The translations under genes and the position numbers were made by a program. From the IMG/VR virus record IMGVR_UViG_3300042945_003044: DNA of 64,000 nucleotides; one strand, written 5' to 3'. A model generated the notes under the pieces. It ran no database searches. It was not told the origin of the DNA and was given only the letters and a program-made list of their open reading frames with translations. Below are positions 11,101 through 20,467 of this stretch, one piece after another (position 1 is the first letter of the stretch; each line of letters opens with the position of its first letter). The stretch is from a virus.

Positions 11101-14100
11101 CTAGTGCAGAGCTCACCACCTCAGCACTATCAGGATCTGCCAGGGTAGGATCTGTAAAGCTAGATAGTATAAACGTATTGCAAAATAGTAGAGCTTATGG
11201 GGCTAATGCGAATGCGGGAGCTGTAGACCAGGCAGCTTCTATGTTCGGCAGCGAAGCTAAGTCAATGAAAGGGATATTACAGGTTTCTGGTAGACTTGAG
11301 GATACGTTATTATCTACAATCAATAGTACTTTAAAAAATAATCCATCCGCAAGTAACGAGGCCGTTGGTATCAAATTAGACCAAGCTATATTTAAAGCTT
11401 TAAACGACTTAGAGCTGCCACCAGACCTATCAACTAAATTATCTGGCGAGGTAAAGAGCGCCGTACAGGATATGAGGAAATCTGGGGATGATAAAATTGA
11501 TTTTAGTCAATTGGTAGAAAAAATTCCACAACTCGGAAACGTTGTAGACAGTGCAAAGAGAGCTCAAGAAACTGCGATACGAGCTCTAGAAAACTGGCAG
11601 AATGCACTAAACGATTATGCCAATACAACTAATCAATTGATAGATCTACAAATTGATAGTAATCAAAAGCTAAGACGAGCTACTGATACCCTGGTTTCTG
11701 GGCAAAATGAGCTTAATAGAGTTTTAGGTAAAACAGTATCATTACAAAGCGTAGTGGCTGACACTAGAGCTGCAACTGCGTCTCAGACCGGAGGCCCAAC
11801 ATCTGCTGTAGATATTAGAAGACAGATACAAGATTTAGAATTGACCAGACAATCTCAACAATCAAGATCCGACGCCGCCGCTCAAAAGGGTTTTTCTGGT
11901 AAAGACGAATTTATGATGATGCAGGGAAGGCTGAGGGAAACAAGTGTTGCGTTAAGAGAGTCATACGATGCGCTTAAAGGCCTTAGCGAAAACACTACTG
12001 TTGCTAGTGCAGCGTTAAATAAAATGTCGGAGATTCAACAGAAGCAACAAGCTGGAGTAGCCATCATTGAGAAATTGGTCACCAGCACCCCAGCAGAAAT
12101 TAATAAATTTAATCAGGCCTTGGCTAGATTAGATAACAATATGAAGGGTCGGGCTAATTTTGGGACCAATGCCGACCAGAGACGCGACAGCCTAGAAGCT
12201 TTTAACATGATCATGCCGTTTCTCGGAGATAAGCAGAGTGGTATGAAGGCCAATGTTCTAGAATCTATGCTTAGAGAATCTGGCATAAACTCTTCGCCAA
12301 TGATGCAGCAAGTGATAGATTCTTTAAGAAATCCAGAAGCCGATCCACAAATGGCAGAAGCTATAGGTATATATAGAGAAGCGCTAGCTGAACAAGCATT
12401 TGCAAATGAACAGTTAGCTGCCTTGAATCAGCTTATTGCGGAGAATAATTCTGACACCGCCGCTGTTAAATTAGCTACAGCTATCGGAGGTGTCTCATTA
12501 AACTTTGAAAGCAGGCAACTGCAAGATATTAATGATAATATTAAAAATTTAATTACTGTTGTTAAAAATAATAGGGAGGATAAGAAGCCAGCAGCAGCTG
12601 AGGCAGAGATGCTCGCAAGAGGAGGTGTTGTATATGCTTCCGCGGGTCAGTTAATTAATTTTGCTCCAAAGGGGACGGATACAGTACCGGCTATGTTGAC
12701 CCCAGGAGAATTTGTTGTCAATAGATCTGCTACTCAAAAAAATCTACCTCTTTTAAAATCTATTAACAATGGATACTCGAATGGTGGAAGAGTACAGTAC
12801 TATAATCAAGGAGGTTTAGTATTTGGCGGAGGTTGGGGATTGGATCAAAAGCAAGATGCGGAAAAGCAGGCCGGGATTCAACAACAAGAGACAGCGACAC
12901 AATATCCAGACATATTATCTCTTAACGCTAATCCATATGACCACATGACAAAGGCCGTCGCTCTGCCGGGGTATTTTTACGCCTCGAATCCGGCACCAGG
13001 AGATATTTCAGATTGGTTCAGTCCTAAAGTTGGACGGAAGCCTTTGGTGAGTATCGGCGCCAATGCGAGTTTAGGAGCATCTTATGATACTATTAGTATG
13101 ACTACAGAGGATGATCGACCTACGATTGAGAAAAGAACTACTTTTACAGGTCCCATAGATGTGGGTTATGTGCCGCAATCAGATTTTTTTGATAATGTAA
13201 TATCTGAGAGAGATATTCAAAGAAAAAAACATATCACAAAAAATCAAATAGAGGACTATAAAAATAAATTAGAAACGCTGTTAAAACTTAAAAGATTTGT
13301 TGTGCAAAGTTCTGATGCCGGTACGTTTATGGGGTCTATTGACACAGGTTCAAAAAAAATAGCCACAAAAGTAGACGCGGATAATAGACCTAAAATAGAG
13401 CCAACTATTGAAGTGGGTAAATATGTCAATAGAGGATTGTCTAGTGTGCCACTAGTAACACTGAGCGGTCTAACAAAAACCACTAACGGTCTTTATGGCC
13501 TATACTCAGTAGCAGATCTAGAAGGAGAAGGGTCTTCTGGTCAAAATACTAATGCTGGAAACCCTTATGGTTTTACAAATAGATCAACAGCCACTACTAT
13601 CATTTCTCCGGACATGAAGGTGGTTGCCGGGTTATCCAATATGAAGCATGATACTGTTGATCCGTCTATAGGCATGGCATTATCTAAATACGTCACTAAT
13701 TATGACGGTATGGCTAAGGCTACTGGTCCGATAATGCAAAACAATATCCAGTCATTATCAAGAGTATTTGATGCTTTGTCTCAAACTAAGATTCCAGAGA
13801 TCGAGGCAGACGGTTCGATTTCTGAACCATTGAAAGAAACCGATTCTTCCTTAAAGAATAAAACATATATTAACAAATTACAACAGCTATTATCTGGTGC
13901 AATATTTTCGGCTCAATTCGATGAGACAGAAATTAAGGGTAAAGACAATGTTAAACCACCAATAACATTATTTAATTTAACGGCCGATAAATGGAATAAT
14001 TTAGCTAATTCTTTTAAAAATTATCAGCCTGCGCCGCCCACCAATAGCTATGCTGAAAACAGTAGTAATTTTATACCTATAAATCCAGCGCAAAAATCAC

Positions 14101-16280
14101 TACCGTGGATAGCTGCTGGATTTAATCATGTAGATGCTATCAATAACCTAAAGGGAGAATATCAAAAAAATAATACATCTAATATAAAAGTTACATCAGG
14201 TTCCGTCGAAGATGAGTTCATGAAATTTAACTACAAAACTATTCAAGGAGGATTTGGCACCAATAAAACATTAGATCAGTCATTAGGAGCCATTAAATAT
14301 GTTGTTGCTGATTTAGATGCCAACAGCAAAGAACAGCCGCTAAACCCATTCAAAGATTTAGACCCTGTTAATTTAATTGGTAGATCGATATATGCGGATA
14401 GTATCGAAACCTTAAAAGGGCGTATTCAACCAATAATTAATGCAGTGACAGGAGGTCTCAATACAGATAATTTGCCGCCAGTGCCTTACGCCACTGTGCA
14501 AAAAATAAATAGCACTGATCTTGGTGCGCTAGATTATTCCGAAGACACAAAAAATAATGCTTATATGCCAAAGACAGCTGTTCTTGGCGGTAACTTTAAT
14601 GCTACTAATTACATTAATGAAATTAAAGGATTATTTAATAAAAAAGAACTAATAGCAGGAGCTGTGGCAGCTGAAACTACTGATAAACGCACTGATGCTG
14701 GTATAAAACAAGCAAATATAGAAAATCCGTTGGGTATAGCTAGGGGCATTATACAGAAAGTACTAGCTCCTATAAGCGGCGTTTTATCGGCATACAATAT
14801 GAAGCTGATGCCCTTAACAAAAGCGACAGACATATTGCCATACGGTAATCTTTTATTTGGTGGGCAAAAGTTTTTTGGACAAGCTGTTATGGAAAAAATG
14901 AAAGGGAGGACTCCGCCAGAGGCGTTGTATAATGTTTGGGGAGCAATAGGAGCTGCCGCACAAACATTTTTAAAACTAGGAGCAGGAGATTCTCAAGGAT
15001 TGTCTTCGATGCTAGGCGTTAGCTTTGACGGTAAACCAGACGCTACAATACCAGACAAAGTTAATCAATACGCAAAGTTTTTAGCTAAGCAAGGAATGAT
15101 GTCCCAGGGTCTGGGGGCAGATATCTTGGATAAAGAAATAAATAAAGACAATCAAAAGGCAATCGAGGGGGCTTTTGGGGATAAAAACCAATCGATTTTT
15201 GAGGCTACTGGACTAGAGAAAACAACTTGGAATAAACAATCTGATAGAACTTCTCCCAAAACCATATTAGATTTGGGTAAAAAGATACTGAATCCATACT
15301 CTATGTTTCCTACGGAAACAAGAAATAATCTCTTTGGTATTTTAGAGAAAGAGCTTGCTAATCAAAAGGTTAACCAGGGCGTTATTGATACTATCAAGAA
15401 GGTTCGATCTTTCTACAATACTTTTTTGGATCCTTTTGTGAATGGTGATGGTCAAGCCGGCAATGATAAATGGAGACGTGGTTTTGATAGCCTATACCCC
15501 GACGCCAATTCTGCTTTACAGCTATTAACGAATGGAGCATTTGGAAAATTACCAGATTATAATATGGCGTTACAGCTCCAAGCAAAGAGAAAAGCCTTAG
15601 CAGAGGAAGTCAAAAAGCCGCAGAAGAAAGCCAGAGGGGGCATAATCTATGCTCAAACAGGCACTCTAGTTGATTATCAGCCCAGAGGCACCGATACCGT
15701 TCCAGCCATGTTGACCCCCGGAGAATTTGTGGTCAATAGAGCGGCCACTCAAAAACATCTACCTGTCTTAAAAGCTATTAATAGTGGCCAATATTCTACT
15801 GGTGGAATGGTTAATTATCTTAATCAAGGGGGTATTATTATACCTCAATATCACTCTAATATCCCAAATGTATCGTCTACAAATAAGACTGTAGGTGTAT
15901 CTAATTTACAGCTGGGCTTGGCCCCATCGGCTGTAAGTGCTTTGGAAAATTTTAATCGCGCTTTTGCTCAAAATGCAGCATTACTAAATATTAATTTAGA
16001 TGATAAGAGTCAAAAGGCTATTGATAATTTTACAATTAGATTACAGAATGTGGCTAATACTATCAGTGGTTTGGCTATTCCAGAAAATATTCAAATTACA
16101 GCACAACATAAAGTAGAGGTTATAATAAATGGCGGAGAGGCACTAAAGGGAATGAGCGAAGGAATGAAAGAATATGTTGTTTCTTCGATCAATACTGCCG
16201 TCAGTAGGCTTAATGTTACTACAGAGAATGCTCTTGGGGAACAATCTAATCAAATACTTAAAGGTAGTTCATCAGTATGA
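5172..16280 (+). CDS. Tape measure protein (TP901-family core) with multiple internal globular segments, 3702 aa
   Basis: N-terminal TMP core ('AFIEFDKEFVKLQQVTG', 'RATTRESAETIATGLRTIFTR', 'LKEFGVNLTDAEG'); long Ala/Gln/Leu helical stretches; TMP-type 'GTDTVPAMLTPGEFVVNR' motifs; canonical position after tube and chaperones. Confidence 0.9.
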   Translation: MSQSFNLTAQLNLRGPSNVRNIVSDIRRQLGSISADVNLRLDQNASRNVTQLNAALRNLNNTFGTTQTAARNAANAIRDFSQAVGNAGVANLPRQLNNVVTATQRVGATSTTAARQLNVARTEMEEFGRQSALAIRRFAAFSLATGAVFSFTGAINKGIAAFIEFDKEFVKLQQVTGESADGLKRLSNTITSLSVDFGVASGDLIKVSSTLAQAGLSAKDTERALKALALSALAPSFDDMNKTVEGSIALMRQFGIGASDLEKALGSVNSVAARFAVEASDIIAAIQRTGGVFASASNGVSQGTDALNEFIAVFTSIRATTRESAETIATGLRTIFTRVQRGGTIEALKEFGVNLTDAEGKFVGAYKAVELLSRGLNQIDPRDLKFSQIVEELGGFRQIGKVIPLIQQFGTAQEALKVAQTGQGSLAADAATAQLSLANQIAKVREEFTALVRDIGGSDTFQTLAKGALQLASGLIQVADSVKGVLPILGLMMAVRGASVATQYGSGFIGGLRRGNAGGAAAPRRNAYGGYISRYKKGGPVDVPVALMPGEAVVYPEAVKEVGVSKLRKMNYADRKPMAKGGKVGLVPGSGNTDSFYTTLPEGSFVIRKKATEALGGPEGILGSSGYQYGGSVQRFRGGSSSGLKETQRTHIGPKVPLSYREAMAAKKRGTGSLKVVSGKTERQINFEPNISTLINQRLRRKTGKTGVTKKELVEDISKRSPEQLFGDGGVPSVIFKELLASKKLEGLKTALLRGVKSRSVPQTLRSDSELDFILEKNIKPYLSKINTQVGSLWDELMQYQALTNPREVGGRTTLPAVKKVLGKSFGSTFASGGLIQKFARGTSKPLEAMGKADLLKEAERLGVNIPIELRRFLDPRAKGSEQTRAKIIKDLQEKRTITKTSEENIANRAKNRKLAVVGLRGDTSSSTVTTPGLKDKTGRQRLRGVPATLQTGSLPNDLATQVEDIIRSQSESIVAQIGQAIAKAAGTTPITDQKRISEILTKQLPNLSGLMFESGLAVAGAPYDPKSKAIDFNMGLGKKLANLFGVDPKALTDATNDATKEQAKRKLTKGQFDRGRRDKLRTKRLSRALGGFIAMAKGGMPLVDDLPNAPGSMLPMPGMKPGSPLYEIIRNGGGAIDYDRTLQRTTGDAAYASAKTPEQKEAVLTKYFRDPQARIKDAQSARLTQFGKQLQELVKKGVIQPKNLSIISKSSRTPGLAEHINQLFGIPVQNMVFTRGGSKLPALEALRTKGPRINRVARASGGEVPIMAQEGEYVINRKSAKAIGYGNLHTLNKYHSGGIVQRFARGSDSPLKMAMSGQGRVQIAKQLMDQGMSAAKALAEATKAIESMSQAAQQTAASLKKQSQSVGYRGMNVLAGRGVDITTGGVLDQAKEKEYRDNQRANRVVRRASRTRLAVDTNAYGPLLPGQKGVVTRTPSAIDNARNEAVQSVLGRERAGGAGSVKQMMRTQLSNDRSSLRDRVAARFKDRYDAASDPAEKQKVQDRANKVFARANQSLTANAQQNYVQQINAKMQIAQQAAADDAAARIRIANFAKQSATAAQQQPTLFQKITQGISKMATAAQKSAGFGGGSGGGLIPSGSRGANMMAQARDARAQGLRGQAFRDSMAGSAGGGIGSKIGNAAMGLSFAIPMIADQFTTADPKTAEQAKNNAMISGSSTAIGSAAMLASMGPVGIAAGIVAGAAGLAKAFTDAENAANDFNRGLKVDKLEQTLEAAAKSLDKFSKDIKNNVFATDAKKNVVEATKQAQAITDSDSQTVKRGLFNFFDTADNGTSSEKRAAAERSQILDKQGIMAYLRSTEMFGGEDAKSNRAFSMSQNIPELSRERAKNFTGAADASRQFITSKIRSGSSIEGLKSDKDFAGFTKSLALADAALQEQILTIQNNTSLEENKKKALIDSTIATVADAKAREIQSQTLKEMDLEALSKSTIVLQNSLERMFQNMEQSIMANAFALDKLTASAELTTSALSGSARVGSVKLDSINVLQNSRAYGANANAGAVDQAASMFGSEAKSMKGILQVSGRLEDTLLSTINSTLKNNPSASNEAVGIKLDQAIFKALNDLELPPDLSTKLSGEVKSAVQDMRKSGDDKIDFSQLVEKIPQLGNVVDSAKRAQETAIRALENWQNALNDYANTTNQLIDLQIDSNQKLRRATDTLVSGQNELNRVLGKTVSLQSVVADTRAATASQTGGPTSAVDIRRQIQDLELTRQSQQSRSDAAAQKGFSGKDEFMMMQGRLRETSVALRESYDALKGLSENTTVASAALNKMSEIQQKQQAGVAIIEKLVTSTPAEINKFNQALARLDNNMKGRANFGTNADQRRDSLEAFNMIMPFLGDKQSGMKANVLESMLRESGINSSPMMQQVIDSLRNPEADPQMAEAIGIYREALAEQAFANEQLAALNQLIAENNSDTAAVKLATAIGGVSLNFESRQLQDINDNIKNLITVVKNNREDKKPAAAEAEMLARGGVVYASAGQLINFAPKGTDTVPAMLTPGEFVVNRSATQKNLPLLKSINNGYSNGGRVQYYNQGGLVFGGGWGLDQKQDAEKQAGIQQQETATQYPDILSLNANPYDHMTKAVALPGYFYASNPAPGDISDWFSPKVGRKPLVSIGANASLGASYDTISMTTEDDRPTIEKRTTFTGPIDVGYVPQSDFFDNVISERDIQRKKHITKNQIEDYKNKLETLLKLKRFVVQSSDAGTFMGSIDTGSKKIATKVDADNRPKIEPTIEVGKYVNRGLSSVPLVTLSGLTKTTNGLYGLYSVADLEGEGSSGQNTNAGNPYGFTNRSTATTIISPDMKVVAGLSNMKHDTVDPSIGMALSKYVTNYDGMAKATGPIMQNNIQSLSRVFDALSQTKIPEIEADGSISEPLKETDSSLKNKTYINKLQQLLSGAIFSAQFDETEIKGKDNVKPPITLFNLTADKWNNLANSFKNYQPAPPTNSYAENSSNFIPINPAQKSLPWIAAGFNHVDAINNLKGEYQKNNTSNIKVTSGSVEDEFMKFNYKTIQGGFGTNKTLDQSLGAIKYVVADLDANSKEQPLNPFKDLDPVNLIGRSIYADSIETLKGRIQPIINAVTGGLNTDNLPPVPYATVQKINSTDLGALDYSEDTKNNAYMPKTAVLGGNFNATNYINEIKGLFNKKELIAGAVAAETTDKRTDAGIKQANIENPLGIARGIIQKVLAPISGVLSAYNMKLMPLTKATDILPYGNLLFGGQKFFGQAVMEKMKGRTPPEALYNVWGAIGAAAQTFLKLGAGDSQGLSSMLGVSFDGKPDATIPDKVNQYAKFLAKQGMMSQGLGADILDKEINKDNQKAIEGAFGDKNQSIFEATGLEKTTWNKQSDRTSPKTILDLGKKILNPYSMFPTETRNNLFGILEKELANQKVNQGVIDTIKKVRSFYNTFLDPFVNGDGQAGNDKWRRGFDSLYPDANSALQLLTNGAFGKLPDYNMALQLQAKRKALAEEVKKPQKKARGGIIYAQTGTLVDYQPRGTDTVPAMLTPGEFVVNRAATQKHLPVLKAINSGQYSTGGMVNYLNQGGIIIPQYHSNIPNVSSTNKTVGVSNLQLGLAPSAVSALENFNRAFAQNAALLNINLDDKSQKAIDNFTIRLQNVANTISGLAIPENIQITAQHKVEVIINGGEALKGMSEGMKEYVVSSINTAVSRLNVTTENALGEQSNQILKGSSSV
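12609..12816 (+). repeat. Internal TMP repeat, copy A (ARGG..GTDTVPAMLTPGEFVVNR..INNGYSNGG..NQGG)
   Basis: About 70 aa, closely similar at protein level to 15624-15833. Confidence 0.85.
15624..15833 (+). repeat. Internal TMP repeat, copy B
   Basis: ARGGIIYAQTG..GTDTVPAMLTPGEFVVNRAATQKHLPVLKAINSGQYSTGG..NQGG. Confidence 0.85.
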
Positions 16281-18631
16281 TAAATTCATATATTAAAATT
16301 CCAGATAATGTTGGCGCATCTTTCGAAATAGTCAATGGAAGATTTATTTTACAGGCACCAGAGCCGACGTTTGTTGGTCTCGACGCTTCTTTAATAGGTC
16401 ATTTTATACCATATTTTGCCAAAAATCTTTTATCCACTGGTGCAACAGAATGGGAAGCCGGTATAGGCAAAGTAATATCTACCACTATAGTGGAAAGAGA
16501 AGAGGTTTCTGGTTCGTCTAACAATGATGAGTTAGTATTTTTTAGTTTCGGTGGGACAAAAACGTTTTTCGTATATCCTAATCAGTATTCTGTGGATCTT
16601 GGGTATAATAATTTAATTACCAGTACGGGCGTGTTCAATATTGGAGACGTAAGGTCTACATACGTTGTAGATCTATCTACCAATCATGCTTCTGGTACTC
16701 TGCCCGTAGCATCCGGTAATCGCGGTCTTATACTAGATTTTAAAGCATATAATAGAAATAATAAGGATTTACATATTATTGCTTCTAGTGGAGATTTAAT
16801 AGATGGTTCAGCTTCTTTAACTATAGATTATGATAATGCCTACACCTCTTTGGTATCGAATGGTTCTGGCTGGATAGAACTAAAAAATGAGGTTAATCTA
16901 AATATAGATCCGGATTTGATGGGTACTCCACAAGGACCAAATGGCTCTATTCAATACAAAGTTAATTCTACCTCTTTTGGTGGCTCAAATATATATTATA
17001 GCAACGCTTCTAATAGCCTGCTATTTGGCGGTACGGGATCGGAACAATCCGCCGATACAGTCATATCAGGATCTGGTACAACCATTTTTAATAAAACATC
17101 CAAGAATACAGACTTTATTATTAATGGTAGTGGTAATAGAAATTGTATTTTTGATGCTTCTGGAAAGATAGGTTTAAATTTGCCGTCGGGAGCAAAGCCC
17201 GCCACATTACTACACATCGTTGGACAGGGATGCGATAGTAACATAAGATTGGAGAATAGGAGTTCCTGCTCCACTCCTAAACTTGTACTTTATCATAAGC
17301 CCTCTACCACTCTTGATAGTGGGTCATTAGTTGGTAGCATACATCTAGCAGGCAAAAATTCTGTTGGATCAGAGATAGACTATTCTCAAATTCGCACAAG
17401 AGCCATTTCTTCTCAAGCCTCTAGTCCTAGTGGAGAACTTGTTGTATCAATAAATAATGGCGGTTCCTCATTAGATAGCTTAACCGTTAATTCAGATTCG
17501 GTTGCTATTAGAAATAAAAACAGACAATTACAAATATCTACAAGCGGTGTGATTGCTGATAAAATAGTCGTTTCGGATTCTTTACATTTATTGCCATTGT
17601 CTATTAGTGGTAGTATACTGAGCGTAGGACAATCTGGTATTTTAGAGAGCGCAGGATATACCAAGTCGGATCTAGCTTCGATTGGAACTAAAGCGTCCTT
17701 ATCTGGCGCTATTTTTAGCGGTAATATTACTGCTCCCAGGATTAATGCTCCAGCACTTTCTCAGTCGTCTGGATCTTACATAGATTTTTCTAGCTCTACT
17801 CTTATTGGTAATTGGAATATAGGAGCAGACACGATATTAGCAAAGGATACAAATAACACATCCGATCAAGGCTCTGTTTTAACGCATACTGGATCTGGAA
17901 TAGCATGGTCAAAACCAAGCGCAGATAATTTTATATGGTCGGGCTTAGATATATCTTGGGAAAAATATCCTATAAGATCTTGCTTTATACAAAACGGGGG
18001 AGACGTTTTAGCTATTAGTGCTATCGGTTTAAGCAATGAGTTTAGTGTTGGAGATACGGTAAAAATTAGTGTTAATACCAATAATTATTTTAGAACAATT
18101 AATAGCATTACAGAAAGTAATGGCTATACAAATATCGTATTGAATCAGATTCTACCGATCTCTGGAACGGGTAATATTTTCTCCATAAATAAAGGAGGAT
18201 ATTTAAATCTTAGTGTAGAAAATTCCGGAGCACCAGCTATTTCGCCTCAGACAACAATTAGTTGCAGACCTCTTACCAATACTATTTTTAATCAAAATAA
18301 GCATTCTATAGACTTTCAGATTAATGGCGAATCAGTTGCTCCAGCAATTTATGTAAATGCTAAGCCGTCCAATAGATTAGAGGCCGTCTCCGCCACTGTT
18401 ATTAATGGATCGTCACCTAAGATTGTTCAACAGTCCGGTAATTTAAATAGATATGCATCTTTAAGCGTTAGTGGCTATATTTATACAGACAGTATTAGTA
18501 TAGGTCAAACACCAGTGCCTTCTGGATATATTTTAACTTCTACATCTGGTAATATTGCGCAATGGCAGTCTACAAATACTATTAGTGATCTAGACGGCGG
18601 CGTAATTGTATTTAGCGGAGTAAGTCTATGA
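16277..18631 (+). CDS. Tail fibre/structural protein (784 aa)
   Basis: N-terminal 'EWEAGIG...SSNNDELVFFSFGGTKTFFV' fibre-type motif; 'TLPVASGNRG...LIDGSASLTI...LVSNGSGW' fibre module; 'GPNGSIQY...FGG' and 'GKIGLN..P.TLLHI' fibre repeats. Confidence 0.7.
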   Translation: MINSYIKIPDNVGASFEIVNGRFILQAPEPTFVGLDASLIGHFIPYFAKNLLSTGATEWEAGIGKVISTTIVEREEVSGSSNNDELVFFSFGGTKTFFVYPNQYSVDLGYNNLITSTGVFNIGDVRSTYVVDLSTNHASGTLPVASGNRGLILDFKAYNRNNKDLHIIASSGDLIDGSASLTIDYDNAYTSLVSNGSGWIELKNEVNLNIDPDLMGTPQGPNGSIQYKVNSTSFGGSNIYYSNASNSLLFGGTGSEQSADTVISGSGTTIFNKTSKNTDFIINGSGNRNCIFDASGKIGLNLPSGAKPATLLHIVGQGCDSNIRLENRSSCSTPKLVLYHKPSTTLDSGSLVGSIHLAGKNSVGSEIDYSQIRTRAISSQASSPSGELVVSINNGGSSLDSLTVNSDSVAIRNKNRQLQISTSGVIADKIVVSDSLHLLPLSISGSILSVGQSGILESAGYTKSDLASIGTKASLSGAIFSGNITAPRINAPALSQSSGSYIDFSSSTLIGNWNIGADTILAKDTNNTSDQGSVLTHTGSGIAWSKPSADNFIWSGLDISWEKYPIRSCFIQNGGDVLAISAIGLSNEFSVGDTVKISVNTNNYFRTINSITESNGYTNIVLNQILPISGTGNIFSINKGGYLNLSVENSGAPAISPQTTISCRPLTNTIFNQNKHSIDFQINGESVAPAIYVNAKPSNRLEAVSATVINGSSPKIVQQSGNLNRYASLSVSGYIYTDSISIGQTPVPSGYILTSTSGNIAQWQSTNTISDLDGGVIVFSGVSL

Positions 18632-19146
18632 GCTTTAAATTTAAAAGAGATATTTCTACAACCCTGGCCCCAGCCTTAGATCAGGTTGACGTGGGAGAAC
18701 TAGTACTAAATGTGCAGACCGGTACTCTCTATACAAAGAAAAGAGATTCAGAAGGCAATGAAAGTATAGTCAAGTTTATTTCTGTACCACTATCTTCTTC
18801 TGGAGATGGGTCTTGTAGCAATATGCTACCGGTTATATCTTTTGCTGATGTCACTAATTTTTGCTGCAATGGTTCGGTATTAGTGGCTACTATTAATAAC
18901 CTCATGGCTAGCTCAATATACAAATATAGTGTACAAGATTTAACCAGTAATTCTACTGTCATATTTTCTCAGAGTTCTGGGGACATCACTCCGCTTGGTA
19001 GATCCACTAGACAAGTTCCTATTTCTATTAACATCAACACTAATCAGCCTAATGCTTTAATAAAGTTTAGTGTTTTAGACAATAACAACAATTTACAAAG
19101 CGAAGCTATAGTGGCCATTTGTTGCAAGAACTGTGCCGCAACATAA
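18628..19146 (+). CDS. Fibre-associated protein: Mtd_N/hyaluronidase-like N-terminal motif plus one Cys-bracketed domain
   Basis: 'FKFKR...P..DQVDVGELVLNVQTGTLYTK' is a familiar N-terminal motif of phage fibre proteins. The C-terminal domain runs from 'FCC' to 'ICCKNC'. Confidence 0.6.
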   Translation: MSFKFKRDISTTLAPALDQVDVGELVLNVQTGTLYTKKRDSEGNESIVKFISVPLSSSGDGSCSNMLPVISFADVTNFCCNGSVLVATINNLMASSIYKYSVQDLTSNSTVIFSQSSGDITPLGRSTRQVPISININTNQPNALIKFSVLDNNNNLQSEAIVAICCKNCAAT

Positions 19147-19155
19147 GGATAAAAC

Positions 19156-20379
19156 ATGATTCAAAAAAGACAGATTTCGCAAAACCTATGTTCTAGTGGC
19201 GTAGCTATCACCTTTAGTGGAATACCAGTAGATATAAGTAATGATTATAGATTAAGCTTTTGGAAAGATAGTTGCATCCCTCAGCAGTCAGATATTATTA
19301 TTAATCCAACAGGATATCAAATTAGACCAGCTTCTAACACAATAGACGCTGTGGTATATGTATCCTCTAATACTGCTTATACCGTAGATAATTCTTCTTC
19401 ATCCGTTATAGGGTTGAGCGTTGTAGATATTGCTTCTAGTGGCGAAGTATATAGAGATTACATACATATTTCATGTGGTAATTTATGCAGCGATGCGGGT
19501 AAGCCGTTGGACACCGCTGTTCCAACCCGTACTCCCACCCCTACCCCAACCAACACTACCACACCAACCCCAACAACCACGATCACCCCAACAGTCACCA
19601 ACTCGCCGTCTGTGACGCCAACAGTGACGCCGACAATATCGATAACACCATCCAAAACACCAACTAGGACGCCTACTCCTACCAGAACAAATACTCCTAC
19701 TGTGTCTATAACTCCTTCATTTACCCCATCGAGCACAGTAACTCCAACCAATACTCCGACAAATACTCCTACTGCTTCGGTTACAGTTACTCCTTCGATT
19801 ACCCCATCTAACACCACCACTCACACCCCTCCACCTACGCCTGGTCTTACAAGTACTCCAACCCCAACAGTTACTCCAACTATATCCTTAACTCCCACCC
19901 AAACTATCACCCCTAGTATTACTGCTACTAATACCGTTACGCCCACCCAGACGCCTACGTCATCGGTCACCCCTACTATTTCACAAACACCAGAACCAAC
20001 ACCAACGACCACCCCTACGCCAACACTCACTCCGACAATGACTCCTTTATATACTAGGCCTAGTTTTGCGGTTACTTTTGATCAAATTAATTTTTCAGGT
20101 AAGTGCGATACCGGTATATTAATATCCGCTAATGTCTCTGGTGTACCAAATACCGTTTATAACTATAGCTTTAATGTAGAATCTATTGGTAATAATAACA
20201 ATATTAATAATATTTTTATTGAGCCAAGAACCGGCCAATTTGCAATGTCCAATAACAATAATAAAATTTTTACTTACGTTTATACACTAGAAAAAATAGG
20301 CTCTTTTGTAGTTAGTTGTAGTGTTTCAGATAGCACAAGCACAGCACAAAGTTTGACAACAATTGCTTGTCAAAGTTAA
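19156..20379 (+). CDS. Mucin-like Pro/Thr stalk protein with two Cys-bracketed domains
   Basis: 407 aa; about 175-aa Thr/Pro/Ser tract between two globular domains. Confidence 0.75.
   Translation: MIQKRQISQNLCSSGVAITFSGIPVDISNDYRLSFWKDSCIPQQSDIIINPTGYQIRPASNTIDAVVYVSSNTAYTVDNSSSSVIGLSVVDIASSGEVYRDYIHISCGNLCSDAGKPLDTAVPTRTPTPTPTNTTTPTPTTTITPTVTNSPSVTPTVTPTISITPSKTPTRTPTPTRTNTPTVSITPSFTPSSTVTPTNTPTNTPTASVTVTPSITPSNTTTHTPPPTPGLTSTPTPTVTPTISLTPTQTITPSITATNTVTPTQTPTSSVTPTISQTPEPTPTTTPTPTLTPTMTPLYTRPSFAVTFDQINFSGKCDTGILISANVSGVPNTVYNYSFNVESIGNNNNINNIFIEPRTGQFAMSNNNNKIFTYVYTLEKIGSFVVSCSVSDSTSTAQSLTTIACQS
19519..20046 (+). repeat. Degenerate Pro-Thr(-Ser) coding repeat
   Basis: [17 protein letters not shown]...TPTMTP. 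Codons are synonymously varied, so the repeat is at protein level rather than a DNA microsatellite. Confidence 0.9.
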
Positions 20380-20397
20380 TTCAAAAAGAAACTATAT

Positions 20398-20407
20398 TGT
20401 GTATAAT
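20398..20407 (+). promoter_or_regulatory. Candidate late promoter TGTGTATAAT
   Basis: Intergenic, about 60 nt upstream of ATG 20468. Confidence 0.45.
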
Positions 20408-20467
20408 AGTTTAGAATCTTTTATTTTGAAGGAGATTTTGGTATATTTATAATGATTTTAGGAATAT

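Noticed and set aside
5414-15585. Numerous short - strand ORFs within the TMP and other large genes
   Set aside because: Fully nested antisense to well-supported genes, with no motifs; expected by chance.
19458-20030. Antisense ORFs rich in VGVGV (also 22974-23672, 24186-24668, 28271-28516, 28620-28829)
   Set aside because: They are the reverse-complement shadow of Pro/Thr codons in the + strand genes; no RBS or independent coding signal.
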